Positions 15,221 through 29,673 of a DNA stretch of 64,000 bases are shown in pieces. Position 1 is the stretch's first letter, and each line of letters begins with the position of its first letter. The translations under genes were made by a program, and so were the position numbers. Under the pieces are notes generated by a model. It did not search any database. It was given only the letters and a program-made list of their open reading frames with translations, and had not been told where the DNA came from. Location: NCBI GenBank assembly GCA_000004695.1, contig CM000153.2:3744001-3808000 (forward strand). Direction: 5' to 3'. Source of the DNA: Dictyostelium discoideum. Lineage: Eukaryota.

Positions 15221-15607
15221 TTCGAGTACCACTTCTTTTCTGATTATACTCATTTCACAAAACAAAAAAAAATAAAAAAATAAAAACATAAAACATTTTC
15301 AAAGTTTAGAGTTTTTTTTTTTTTTTTTTTTATTACTGGGTATGTATTATTAATTTTATTTTTAGTAACTATTACCAACAATATAACAACAAACCAAAAC
15401 TATAATGAAAAAATATTAAAATGAATATAATCCAATTAATAAATCAATCAATAAAACCAACAAATTAAAAAAAAAAGAAAAAATTAAAGGAAATAACCAC
15501 CCTCTTACATAGTGTTGATAAAAAAAATGCACTGGAAATAAAAATAATAATGATAATGATAACAATAAAACTAGGTCGAGATTATACACAAGATTTAATT
15601 AATAAAT

Positions 15608-15636
15608 GTGGGAGGGGAGGGGTAGGGGGAGGGGGT
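15608..15636 (+). promoter_or_regulatory. G-quadruplex-forming motif GGGAGGGGAGGGGTAGGGGGAGGGGG in AT-rich intergenic DNA
   Basis: Five or more runs of at least three G within 29 nt; this is exceptional in a genome of about 78% A+T. Confidence 0.4.
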
Positions 15637-16092
15637 TTAAATGGGATTTTTCTTTCCTATGAGGGAGTGGTGTAAAAAACAGTTTTTTTTCTTTTAAAAT
15701 GTGTGAGTAGTATGGTTTTTTTTTTTTTTTTTTATTTTTTTTTTTTTTTTTCTAAAACTATGAATACTAACCAAAACAACACAAACCACACAATTATGCA
15801 TTTTAAAAATCATTTGATTTTCTATGTGAAATCTATATTGATTTATATTCTATATATAGTATGTTTTTTTTTTTTTCTTTTTTTTTTTTTTAAAAAAAAT
15901 ATAAAGAGAAACTGATTGATAATTCAGATAATAGAAATAAATAAAATTTTTTTCTTTTTTTATTTTCATACACAGATTATATGATGAATAATTCAAATTC
16001 ACCAATGACTATTTTTGTAAATATTATAATAATAATAATATATTTGGGTAACATTACACAATTAAAAGGATGGGTGAATTTTAATATTAGAT

Positions 16093-16130
<38 letters not shown>

Positions 16131-16197
16131 CATTACTTTTAATAACTTTAAAAATAAATAAAAAATATCTTTTTGAAAGTATTTTTAAATTTTTTCA

Positions 16198-16231
<34 letters not shown>

Positions 16232-16459
16232 CGACTAAATTAAAAAATAATTGAAAAAATTATCAAAATTTAATTTATTAGCGAAAAAAAAAAAAATGAA
16301 AAAATTAAAAATTAATATTTTTTTTTTTTCCCACCTTGCCAAAATAACAATTTATATTTATTTGTTATATATAGTTATTTAAATAAACGAAAAAAATAAA
16401 AAAATAGTTTAATAAATAAAAATAAACAAAACAAATAAAAAAATAAATAAATAAAAAAA

Positions 16460-16566
16460 ATGAAAACAGTTACATTAGCAACATGTAACTTAAATCAATG
16501 GGCAATGGATTTCAAAGGAAATCTTGAAAGAATAATAGAATCGATTAATATTGCAAAATCTAAAGG
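16460..16566 (+). CDS. nadsyn1: Glutamine-dependent NAD+ synthetase (NADSYN1), exon 1
   Basis: [35 protein letters not shown] matches human [36 protein letters not shown]. GT donor at 16567. Confidence 0.85.
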
Positions 16567-16631
16567 GTAAAATAAAATTTTTTTTATTAAAAATTTAACC
16601 TATAAAGTTTATTTTTTATTATTTACCTATT

Positions 16632-16698
<67 letters not shown>

Positions 16699-16699
16699 G

Positions 16700-18734
16700 A
16701 GCAAAATATAGATTAGGACCAGAATTAGAAATTTGTGGATATGGTTGTGAAGATCATTTTTTAGAACAAGATACAATGTTACATTGTTGGCAAAGTTTAG
16801 CAGTAATATTAAAGGATCCAGAGTTAACAAAGGATATTTTAGTTGATGTTGGTATGCCAGTATTACATAAGGATGTTAGATATAATTGTAGAGTCATATT
16901 ATTGAATCAAAAGATTTATTTAATACAACCAAAGAAAGCCATGGCAATGGATGGTAATTATAGGGAAGGTCGTTGGTTTACACCATGGATTAAACCAAGA
17001 GTTGTGGAAACTTTTTATCTTCCAAGGATCATTAGTCAAATCACTGGTCAGGATGAATGCCAAATCGGTGATGCAATCATTTCAACACTTGACACAGCCA
17101 TTTCGTCAGAGACATGTGAGGAGTTATTTACACCAAATTCACCACATATTCAAATGGGTTTAGATGGTGTTGAAATCTTTACCAATGGATCAGGTTCACA
17201 TCATCAACTTAGAAAATTAGATACACGTGTTGATTTAATTCGTTCAGCCACCTCGAAATCGGGTGGTATCTACCTATACTCGAATCAACAGGGTTGCGAT
17301 GGTAGTAGATTGTATTATGATGGTTCATGTATGATCATGATCAATGGTGATTGTGTAAGCCAAGGTAGTCAATTCTCTTTGGTAGATATCGAAGTTATAA
17401 CTGCAACTGTAGATTTAGAGGATGTTAGATCGGTTCGTGCTAGTTTTATGGCACGTTGCGCTCAAGCTAATCTCACTAAAGAATTCCCACGTGTACGTTG
17501 TCCAATTCAATTGACTCATATAGATTATTGTCATCCACCTGATAGAGTGATTCACATCAATTACAATACACCAGCCGAGGAGATTGGTTTTGGTCCAGCA
17601 TGCTGGCTTTGGGATTATCTTAGACGTTCAGGTTTATCAGGTTACTTTTTACCCTTATCAGGTGGTGCTGATAGTGCTGCCACTGCCGCTATCATTGGTA
17701 TCATGTGTCAATTGGTTATATTGGATGTTAGTAAAGGTAATAAACAAGTATTAAAAGATGCGCAACGTATCACAAATTCACCAGAGGACTATATACCAAC
17801 TGATTCAAGGGAATTTGCATCACGTTTATTCTTTACAGCTTATTTAGGTAGTAAAAATAGTTCAAAAGAAACTAGAGATCGTGCAATGGAAATTGCAAAA
17901 GATATTGGATCAGTTCATAAAGAAGTGGATATCGATGATATCTCTCAATCATTCAATGATGCATTCTCACAGATCACTAAAAAACAACCACAATTTCGTG
18001 CTCATGGTGGTACACCACGTGAAAATCTTGCATTACAAAATGTTCAAGCTCGTACTCGTATGGTTCTATCCTACCATTTGGCATCACTATTACTTTGGGA
18101 ACAAGGTCGTCCAGGTTCTCTATTGGTTTTGGGTTCTGCAAATTGTGACGAATCATTACGTGGTTATATGACAAAATATGATTGTTCATCCGCTGATATC
18201 AATCCAATTGGTGGTATGTCAAAAATTGATTTACGTTCATTCATTGAGTGGGCTGGTAAATTCAGAGATATGAAATCAATTCTCTCTGTACTCACAGCAA
18301 CACCAACCGCTGAATTAGAACCAATCACTGAAAACTATACACAATCCGATGAAATTGATATGGGTATGACCTATGAAGAATTATCAATATTTGGTAAATT
18401 AAGAAAAGTCAATCGTTGTGGTCCAGTTTCAATGTTTGAACGTTTGGTTGCAGATTGGGCACATTTAGAACCATCAGTTGTGGCTGAAAAAGTTAAACGT
18501 TTCTTTTATTATTATGCAATCAATCGTCATAAATTAACAACTTTAACACCATCCTATCATGCTGAAGGTTATTCTCCTGATGATAATCGTTATGATCATC
18601 GTCAATTCCTTTACAATTCAAAATGGGATGTTCAATTTGAAACTATTGATAAAATTGTATTAAGATTATCTCAAAGACCACAATTAAAAAATACTGTAAA
18701 CTGTCCAAATCAAGCATCATTAACTCAACAATAA
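16700..18734 (+). CDS. nadsyn1: Glutamine-dependent NAD+ synthetase, exon 2 (CN-hydrolase and NAD-synthase domains)
   Basis: AG acceptor at 16698-16699. GAKYRLGPELEICGYGC..SGGADSAAT..GSANCDESLRGYMTKYDCSSADINPIGG aligns to NADSYN1 along its length. The two exons total 2142 nt (713 aa). Confidence 0.9.
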
Positions 18735-18794
18735 AATAAACAAAATAAATAATAATAAAAAAATTAATTTACTTTTTTTTTTATATACTGGTGG

Positions 18795-18830
<36 letters not shown>

Positions 18831-18916
18831 ATTTTATTTTTGAAGTTCGTGTGGATATAAGAAATAAAAAAAAAATATTGTAAGAGAAAGAAGAATATCG
18901 ATTATTTATTTATTTA

Positions 18917-18965
<49 letters not shown>

Positions 18966-18998
18966 CTACAAGTTCTTTTTTTGATTTAATAAATTCTT

Positions 18999-20041
18999 TC
19001 AAAGTTTTGAAGAAATTGGAGAATTTGATAATAATGGTTCATGTTTATTTGGATCTGTTGAATGAAACATAACTATACCATAATCTCTTGGATCTTGAAA
19101 GAAAGGACGAGTTGAAATTTTTTCACGTAAAGATTTATCAAGATTACCCATACAAAAATGAAGAGTAAAATTTAAACTTTTAATACCTGGTAACAATGGA
19201 AATTGAGTTTCAATTGGATCAGTTTTAGCCAAACCAATGAATAAGTAATCAACTTTATGTTTTAAACAATCATTGTGTACAAATTTTAAAAGTTCATGAA
19301 ATAAATTAATACCACCATCCATTGGAGTTTCATTAGTATAACATGCATACAATTGTAAAAAATTTAATTTACCATGATTAATTGGATGTCTATTACCATT
19401 ACCATTATAATTTATATTATTTTGAAACTGATTCTCTTGATTCTCTTGTAAATTATGTGGATTATAATAATAACTTTGATTGTTTGAATTTAAAAAATTA
19501 AAAGAATCATTAGTTGATGATGAAGGATTTCTATTACCATAATTTGAAACATTTTGTTTTGAACCATCTAAATTAACTAAAGTACAAACTTTATTTTGGT
19601 CCCATAAACTTATTGATGCTTCAATGATTTTTCCATTTGGACAACGGTAAGTTGCGAAATAAGTTTGTTTCCAATATTTATTTAATATTAAATCTTCGAA
19701 ATCAACAGGACACATTTCATAGTTGTTAAAATATTGATTAAATTTTTGTTTTATGAATACAGTATCTTTTTCAATCCAAATTCTACATGCTCTATTTCTA
19801 TTCATATAGATTAATGGTGAATGATTGATTGCAATATCCAATTTCCATGCATGTTGAATTTGATCTATAAACTTAACCATACCAGTACTCTCATAATATC
19901 TATCCATATTAAAATGACCTGTACTTGTTGAACTATAAACAATTGGATCAAAATTCCAATGTTTTAAATAAACTCCTGTTGCATGTGCTGTTAATTTCGT
20001 TAATATTTTATAACTTCTATATTTTGGTTGAACAATTGCAT
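18999..20041 (-). CDS. Asn-rich hypothetical protein, exon 3 (possible acyl-CoA N-acyltransferase-like segment; stop at 18999)
   Basis: TATAG acceptor at 20042-20046. ORF 18999..19907 extends upstream in frame to the acceptor, and the three exons total 1614 nt. Confidence 0.55.
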
Positions 20042-20042
20042 C

Positions 20043-20086
<44 letters not shown>

Positions 20087-20156
20087 AATAAATATTAATT
20101 AATTAATTAATTAAATAATTATTAAATAATTATTTTAATAAATATGGTATACATAC

Positions 20157-20303
20157 CAAATGAATAAAAAAATATTCTTTCTTTTCCATTAAATTTTAAT
20201 TTTTTTTCTGCAATACAAATTCCTCCTATAACAGAATTATCGAATTTATCTTCTGCTACAAACATATATCCATTTTGACTCATTGCTCTTCTAATGGAAT
20301 AAT
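20157..20303 (-). CDS. Asn-rich hypothetical protein, exon 2 (DYSIRRAMSQNGYMFVAEDKFDNSVIGGICIAEKKLKFNGKERIFFYSF)
   Basis: TTTTAG acceptor and GTATGT donor; both flanking junctions are phase 1 and consistent. Confidence 0.5.
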
Positions 20304-20402
20304 CTAAAATTTTAAATTCAAAAAAAAATATATATTAATATATTAATCTCTATATATAGATAAATATTGTTTTTTTTAAAAAAAAAAAAAAATAATAATT
20401 AC

Positions 20403-20826
<424 letters not shown>

Positions 20827-21386
20827 TTTTAAAATTTTCTATTTTTATTTTTCTGTTTTTATTTTTATTTTTATTTTATTTTTTTTTTTTTTTAATGAAA
20901 AGTCGATTTAACCGTATAATGGTTTTTTGATTGTTTTTTTTTTTTTCTTTTTTTTTTTTTAATTAAAATATTATTATTTATTCAAAAAAAAAAATATAAA
21001 CACATAAAATGGTTTGGAACTGTGTGTATTTGGTGTGTTTGCGGGTGAAGTGTGGCGAATGCTTGAAGAATATATAATTAACTAAAATTAAAAAAAAAAA
21101 AAAAATTACTTAAAAAATAAATATGGTTTTCTAAATTAATTTTTTTTTATCTTTTTTTTGTTTTCTTTTTCTTTTTCTTTTTCTTTTTTTCTTTTCTTTT
21201 AATATTATATTTCTTTTAAATGTTGGAATTAACAATTGATGATGATTATTAATTATAGTAATTGTACACTTTAATTTATTGTCTAAATAATAATTTTTGT
21301 ACGGAGGTTATAGTACGCACCAAAACCGTGGGTGTGATTTGTTGCTGTTGTGGTTTTTATTTTTTGTGCAATTTACTATTGTAGTT

Positions 21387-21434
<48 letters not shown>

Positions 21435-21847
21435 TATTTCCTTATTAAAAAAAAAATAAAAAAAAAAAGAAAAAGATTTAAAAAAAAAAAAAAAAATATA
21501 TAAATTAAAATTATTAAAAATAAAAAACATCAATTATAAGACTATTAATAATAATGATAAAAAATAATAAAAATAATAATAATTATAATGTTTATGTTGT
21601 TGATAAAATTCATTTTCTCAAAACATCTAAATTTTTGATAAAAGAAAAGACAACAATTAATTAATTTTTTTTTTTATTTTTTTTTTTTTTTCAAATCAAA
21701 AAAAAAAAATACATAATATTATTATTGTTATAGTAGTAGCAGTAGTAGTGTAGAAGTTTATCATGGGTATTAATATTATTAATATTATTATTTGTATTTA
21801 AGCATGTTTAAAATATATATCTGTTTCACATTAATATATTTTATTTT

Positions 21848-21880
<33 letters not shown>

Positions 21881-22300
21881 TTGTTTTCATTTTATTTATT
21901 TTATTTTATCTCTATTTTTAATTTTTTTTTTTTTTTTTTTTTTATTTTATTTTATTTTTAATTTTTTTTTTTTTTTTTTTTTTCCTTGCCGATAAGTAAT
22001 TAAAAGAACATTTAATGTATATATATATATATATATATGAATATATAAGTATATGTTATGATTATATGTGGACATACAAAGTAAAAAAAAATAGTGATTT
22101 TAAAAACCACACCACTCAATCATTTTTTTTTTTTTAATATGAATGTATGTATATACAAAAAAAAAAAAACTCATATTAAATTATGACAGAGGTAGAATGG
22201 TTTTTAAAAATAGAAAAAGATTTTATAAGTCTTTGGTATAACAATTTAATCTTTTAAAGGTTGAAGATAATATTTTTTAAAAAATTATTTTTTGGAATTT

Positions 22301-22335
<35 letters not shown>

Positions 22336-22538
22336 TATATAAATAAGGAGTGGTGTGTTTGTGTGTGTGTGTTTGTGTGTGTGTGTTAAATTTTTAAGTG
22401 TTAGAGTATGAGTGGTTTTATGTTTTTTTTTTTTTTTAATAAATTTTACAATTTTAAATCAAGACATACCTCTTATTGTTTACTACACTTTTTTAATTTT
22501 GTTTTTGCTTATTTTTGATTTTTTATTTTTAATTTTTT

Positions 22539-22572
<34 letters not shown>

Positions 22573-22886
22573 TATTAACTTCTATTACTATGATGTGTGT
22601 GTGATATATCATTTATTTTGTGGATTTATAAATATTGTGTGTGTTAAAAAATCAAAAAAAATAAAATAAAAATAAAAAAAAAAATAAATATGTAAAGTAT
22701 TTATTATGAATATAATTATTATTGATTTATAAACTTTTCATCAAAAAAAAATAAAAGATTAAAAAAAAAGGAAATTGAAAAATAGGGGGGAATTTTATAA
22801 TATTAAATCGTTTTTATAAATAAAAAAAATAAATAAAGAATTTAAAAATAATAAATTAAAAATAAATAATTAAATTAAATAATTGT

Positions 22887-22918
<32 letters not shown>

Positions 22919-23160
22919 TTAGGTTATTATAAAAAAAAAATAAAAAATATACATATGTATACAATATAATTCTATATACCTCTTAAGAAAATAAAAAAAA
23001 AATCAAACTATTATTAGTATTGATTGATTAATTATTTATTAATTTTGATAAAAAAAAAAAAAAAAAATAAAATAAAATAAAACAAAATAATTTAATTTTT
23101 TAGTAACGGGAAGTAACTTAATTTATTTATCTTTTTTTTTAATTTCCATTATTTTATTCT

Positions 23161-23270
23161 ATTTTTATTTTTATTTTTATTTTTATTTTTGTTTTTATTT
23201 TTATTTTTATTTTTATTTTTATTTTTATTTTTATTTTTATTTTTTTTTATTTCATTTTTATTTTTATTTT
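23161..23270. repeat. (ATTTTT)n hexamer tandem array, about 17 copies, intergenic
   Basis: Seen directly in the sequence. Confidence 0.85.
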
Positions 23271-23427
23271 TTGTAAAAACACATTGTTTAACTCGTGTGA
23301 ATTTCTTTATTTAGGAATGAAAGTATTATAATTAATGAAATCTGAAAAATATTTAAGAAAAAAAAAAAAAAAAAAAAGAAAATAAAAAATAAATAAAATA
23401 AAAAAAAAAATGAATTTTTGAAAAACC

Positions 23428-23458
23428 GACGAGCATTTTAGCTCGTTTTTTTTTTTTT
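23428..23458 (+). promoter_or_regulatory. Hairpin (ACGAGC/GCTCGT stem, 6-nt loop) followed by a T-run, 80 bp upstream of the Urb2-like ATG
   Basis: Perfect 6-bp inverted repeat seen in the sequence. Confidence 0.3.
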
Positions 23459-23529
23459 CTTTTTTTTTTTTTTTTCAATCATTTCCCCAAACTTTCTTTT
23501 TATAAATTACCTTTTTTAAATGATATAAT

Positions 23530-23902
23530 ATGTCATCAAATAAATCTTCATCCAAAAAAAGAAAAAATGAGATAAATTCAAATGCCACTCACAATATTTT
23601 ATCTGTTACCACTAATAACAATAATAGTGAAAAGCAAACTAAAAAATTAAAATCTACTCTTTCAGAATCAACCACAACGAAAACTATCACCTCACCACAA
23701 CAACAACAACAACAACAACAACCACAACAAACCCAAAATAATAAAATAAATATTAAAGAAATCTATAATATATTTAATAATACAAATAATGCAAATAATA
23801 CAAATAATTCAAATAATAACAATACAGTTAGCGCAGACACATGGGATGGCACAACTCCAATTGAAAATTTAACAATTGGACAATTAATATCCTCACTAAA
23901 TG
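23530..23902 (+). CDS. Large nucleolar-type protein (Urb2/Npa2-like), exon 1
   Basis: ATG at 23530; GTAATT donor at 23903. Confidence 0.6.
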
Positions 23903-23963
23903 GTAATTATATCTTAAAAATATATTATCCTTTTATATATATATATATTTCAGCTATACTAAT

Positions 23964-24005
<42 letters not shown>

Positions 24006-24019
24006 CCAAAATTTTATAG

Positions 24020-25075
24020 GCAGACAACATAATCTTAGAATTATTGTTGCAGAGTATATGAATTCATTGAATAGATTAATCGGATTTACAGAAAAAACAC
24101 CATATCTCCTAAATTGGGTTTTAGATAATTTATCAAAATCATTTATAAATTGGAAACAACCTGAGAAATCTGAGCAATTAATTCAAAAAGGTATTGAACC
24201 ATTATTCTTTGAGGAAAGATATTGGACATTATTAGAAAGTTTGGTTACAAAACAAATTTCATTACAACAACAACATCAGCAACAACAACAACAACAACAA
24301 CAAAATGATACAACAAATAATTCAACCTCAACATCTAATTCTTCAAATTCAATTAAATTGTCAAATGAATATTTACAATTTATATTTGAAATTATATTAA
24401 ATAGTATTAGAAATATTGATTTAAAATTAGATATTTTCAATTCAACAAATTTACAACAACAACAACAACAACCTATCATTATATCAAAAAAGAAAAAGAA
24501 TATTAATATTCCATATCAACTTACAACATCACCACCACCACCAATTAAATTATTAGAATTTTCAAAAAGAATATCTACATTATTAATTAAAATATTTTCA
24601 AGTGATGAATTAATGAAAGAGATACCATTATTATTAGAGAATTTAATTCCATTATCAATTAAATATTTAAGAAATTCAAAAGATTTATTATTAAAAAATG
24701 AATCAACAATAATCTCAATCATTGATTTATATCAAACTTTATTCCAATATTTATTAGTTCAAACTAAATTAGGTATAAATTATAAATCAATGTTTACAAC
24801 AACTTTATCAACACTATTACCACATATAATAACACTTTTAAATACTTTGGAAAATATATCATCAATAATTCCAACATCATCTCAATTGATTGAAACAATT
24901 GATCAATTTTTAAAATGGACATTATATCATCCAGAATCTCATTGGGATTCTTACTCTTTTATTTTATTCTCTGATTGGTTAAAAAAGATTGTAAAAGATA
25001 CAACATCAAAAGAAAAAAGTAAAGAAAATGAAAAATTAAAATCAAAAGAAAATGAAAAAGAAAAAGAAAAAGAAA

Positions 25076-25107
<32 letters not shown>

Positions 25108-26416
25108 GAAAAAGAAAGAGAAAAACAAAAAGAAAAAGAAAAAGAAAAAGAAAAAGAAAAAGAAAAAGAAGATTTACAAATTTATCAACCTCAATTAATT
25201 TTAGATTGTTTATTACAAATTATTAATGGTAATAATCAAGTTTTGAATAGAGTTGTTTGTTTTAATGAAAAAGATACAGTATCTAGTATTTTAGTGAATT
25301 CACTTTATAAATTTTTAATTTACTTTATTGAACAATATGAAAGTTTTGGATATAGACATTTTAAAGATATAGTACAATGGTATGATAGTGCTAATCATAA
25401 GGATGAAAAATTCATTGAGTTTGCTTACTTTAGAAAATTATTTTCATTAATTAATACACCAACTCTATTATCAAATAATCCAACCTATTATGAATCGGTT
25501 GCAAAATTATTAAATCAAGTTTCAATTTTAAATATCTTTCATATTAGTAATCGTCATCAAGTTGATTATCTTTCAAACACTGTTGCAAATAGTTTTTATT
25601 TATACCTTTCAGCATCAAAGAATAATAATCAAAATAATCAAAATAATCAAATTAAACAAGAAATTATATTGAATGGTATTTATAAATGTTTAACATCAAT
25701 AATTAAAATTAGTAATACATTAATTGGTAATAAATTAAAGGATATAATTTTACCACATATTTGGTCAAATAACATATCAACATCAACAACAACAACAACA
25801 AAAAATACTAAAAATGGTGATTATGATGATGATAATGAATCATTATTATTTAATAATGGAAGATGTGAATTTTTAAAATCAACATTTGATAGTTATTTTG
25901 AAATTCGTCAAATGGATACACTTTTAACAATGGTTTTCCAATCTATTATTAGTGTACGTTCATTTGGTAGTGATAGTAAATTTTCAATTAATCAAGATTT
26001 CTTAAAGCATATTTCAAAATTATTCTCAAATTTACCATTTGGTCAAGTACCAATCATTTGGAGTTTATTTTTAGAAGAATGGCAAGGTTATTATATTACT
26101 CAATTAAATGAATCAAATAATAAAAGTTTAGGTGATGATAATGACCAAAGTATGTTGGACCCAATGTTTTCATATCGTTTAGAATACTTTATTAAACTTT
26201 GGTCAACTTTTCTTGATGGTATTACAATTTCATCATTTGTTTATAAAATGATTTTACAATTATTGCCAAATACTTTTCAATCAATTGTTGATCCAATTTT
26301 AAATGAAATTTATAAATCTTCTTCTGCTTCTTCTTCTTCTTCTTCCTCTTCGAGAAAATCTTCAAAATCATCTTCAAAATCATCTTCCTCAAAATCATCT
26401 TCTTCGAAATCAAATG

Positions 26417-26476
<60 letters not shown>

Positions 26477-29344
26477 GTATTATAAATTTATTAAAATTAT
26501 ATTCAAGTTTTCTTCAAGTTCATTCGTTTATACATCGTCAAACAATTATAAGTGGTAAAAGTGGTGAAAATGAATTTGGTTATCATCCTCAACAATTTTA
26601 TTATTATCAATTATGTGAAAAAGAATTAGAATTTAGTAAAGTTATTGAGTATTTAATTAATAATAATAATTTTGAAAATAATTATTCAAATAAATTAATA
26701 GCATCAAAATTATTAATTCAAAGAGTTCAACAACTTCATTCAATTTTATCATCAGTTTCAATTGCAAATTATAAAAGAAATATTAATAATAATAATATTA
26801 GTAGTAATAATAATAATTATAATTATATTAATCAAAAATCAAATAATAGTAAAAATATTGAAAATGATAAAATTAAATATATTTCATCATATTCAAATCA
26901 ACAATATTCACCAAAAGATATTGAATATGAATTAATTGATATAGTATATTATTTATTAAACAATTTCATTAAATTAATAAATGATAATAATCTTTTATTT
27001 AAAAAGTTCAATACTTTAAAACAACAACAAATTCAAGATAAATTAGAACAACAGGATAACAATAATAAAGATGAAGAAAATGAAGATAAAGAAAAAAAAT
27101 TAAATTTATTAATTTATCAAAGTAAATTATTAATTGATAATATTAGTACATGGTGTGAATATTCAACAATTGAAAATATTCAAAATATTTTAAAATTCAT
27201 TATTTCACCGCCAATTGAAATTAATAATGATGATAATAATAATAATTGTAAATTAAAAACAACCAACTCAATAACAACAACATCAATTTATAAAGAATTT
27301 CAAAAATTATTATCAAATCCATTATTTTTTGAATTAAAAGTTTTTCAAAATAATTTTCCAATTGTGTTATGTCAAATGGAACGTGATATAATTACTAAAG
27401 AATTAATTAAATCAAATAAATTATTTGAAAAAGTTACAGAAATATTTAATGATGTTCAAGAAAGATTAATTAATAGTGGTAGTCTAACACCATCAAATAC
27501 ATCCTATGCTGAAATTATTATTGAAATTCAAGAATGTTTTTCAAAGAAAATTACATTAAAAGATTTTAATTTATCTGATACTTCAAAATGGGAAAGATTA
27601 ACATGGTTAGTTTCATTGGCACCAAGTTTTCATCCACTTTATATTCCAATTGAATTAATTGGACCATTAGTATTATCATCAATTGCAATTAATCATATTG
27701 GTGTTTTATTATTAAAACAAATTCAAGATACTTCAACCATTGATAATAATAATAATGAAAAAGATTTAGATTATATTTATAAATTAATTTTATCATCAAG
27801 AAGATTTATTAAATTTTGTTTTGAAAAGGATCAATCAAGATTAGTTCAAATTATACCAATGAATGTTTGGATTGATTTAATTTTTAGTTCTAGAATGTTT
27901 GAATCAATTGATACAAAATATCCAATTTTATTTACAAGTTTAGAAATTCAACATCATTATAATACTGAACTTTGGAAGCATTCACCAATGGAATTAAAAA
28001 AATTATCTGATAAAATTTTAAATAAAAAATCAAATAATAACAATAATAATTCTGCAGCAGCAACAACAACAACAACAACAACAATAACAACTTCACCAAA
28101 AATTATTTCAACAAATTTAGATTTTAATACAATTAAACCTTATTTAATTGCTGGTATTTTAAAATCAATTTCAACAACAAATTCAAATAATCAAATGTTA
28201 TCAGATATTTTACCACCAGATCTTCAATCAATTATAAAGAGTGTTGAACCAGATATTTCAATATTTTATGAGAAAATGTTTAATCATTGTTCAAGTAATC
28301 CAACATTTAATAATATTGCACCATTCTTTAATGAATATCAAGCTGAATTCTCTTTATTGGTTTATCATCTTTGGTATCAATTATATTTCAATGCAATTGA
28401 TAACGAATCATTATCAAAATTATTAATAACTGTTTCATTCTCTGGTGTATTTATTTCTGGTTTATCAAGTAAAGGTAGTGGTTTAATTACTTCTGTTGAT
28501 AAATATTCTTTAATTCTTCAAAATTCAATTATATCATTATTAGATTTATTCTCACGTTGGTATAGTAAAATACCTGCAAATCAAAGTCAAACAAGCTCAT
28601 CATCATCGTCATCATCGCCAATGATGATTGATTCATTGCATGCATTATCATTACTTTCAAAAATGTTATCTTTATATCCAGAGGATTCTAAACTTTATAA
28701 ATCAATTTCAGCTGCAATTATTCAATTCTTCCAATTAAATAATCAATTAGGTTACCTTTTAAATTCAATTACTACAACTATGGAATCATCATCAACTTTA
28801 TCATCGTCATCAACTAATTCAATTGCAATTCAATCTCAATCATTTAATTTACTTGGTTATTTTATTAGTTCAATCATTGGTACAAAACGTATTAATTTAT
28901 TAAAGAATCCAATTAAATTAGTTACTGCAATTGTAAACATTTTAAATCAAACAAACTCTGAATCATTAATTGTATCAGGTATTAATTTACTTTGTAAATT
29001 AATGAGTGTCAATGTTATTGATGTTCATGGTGAATCTATTCCAATCATTTTAAGTGTAATGAGTTTCTTTTCAAGTCCATTCATTTATTCAACACCAGTT
29101 AGAAGTATTGCAAGTTTTAGTACTGAAATCATTCCAAATTGTCCAATGTCATTATTTATTAAAGAGAAATTATCTGCTGATAATAATATCAATAATTTCA
29201 GCAGCAGCGGCAGTAATGGTTTGAAATTTAATAACATCACACCTTTAATTTTAAATTCACTCTATAAATTACTTTATATTATTCTTAAATTTAGAAATAA
29301 TGAATTAACAAAATATTTACCATCTTTTGTTTCTTCTTTAAGAT
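24020..29344 (+). CDS. Large Urb2/Npa2-like protein, exon 2
   Basis: TATAG acceptor at 24015-24019. The ORF is continuous to the GTACGT donor at 29345. Confidence 0.65.
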
Positions 29345-29435
29345 GTACGTATTAAATTATTTTTATAGTTTTATTATTATTCAGTTGCAAAAAAAAAAAA
29401 ACTATTAAAATATTAACTAACTTTTTTTTTTATAG

Positions 29436-29623
29436 TTTTATTATACTCAGTTGCAAACGAAACAAATAAATTAGGTAATGAAAAATCAATTAAAAAAGTT
29501 GGTAGATTATTAGAATTATTTAGTTTAAGTAAAAATTGTGATCAATATTTCCAATATTTAATTGTGGATTATGTTCAATTAATTAGATATTCAACAACTG
29601 CAATCAACAATGCAAATAATAAC

Positions 29624-29673
<50 letters not shown>

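Noticed and set aside
14320-15915. ORFs 14320..14523(-), 15101..15289(-) and 15703..15915(+)
   Set aside because: These low-complexity homopolymer-driven ORFs lie in intergenic DNA and are not codon-like.
16951-18189. Internal ORFs 16951..17163, 17881..18171 and 17977..18189
   Set aside because: These are alternative frames or antisense inside the nadsyn1 coding exon.
23428-23458. Hairpin plus T-run resembling a Rho-independent terminator
   Set aside because: This is eukaryotic nuclear DNA and the element sits upstream of a start codon. It is kept only as a possible regulatory or 5'UTR structure.
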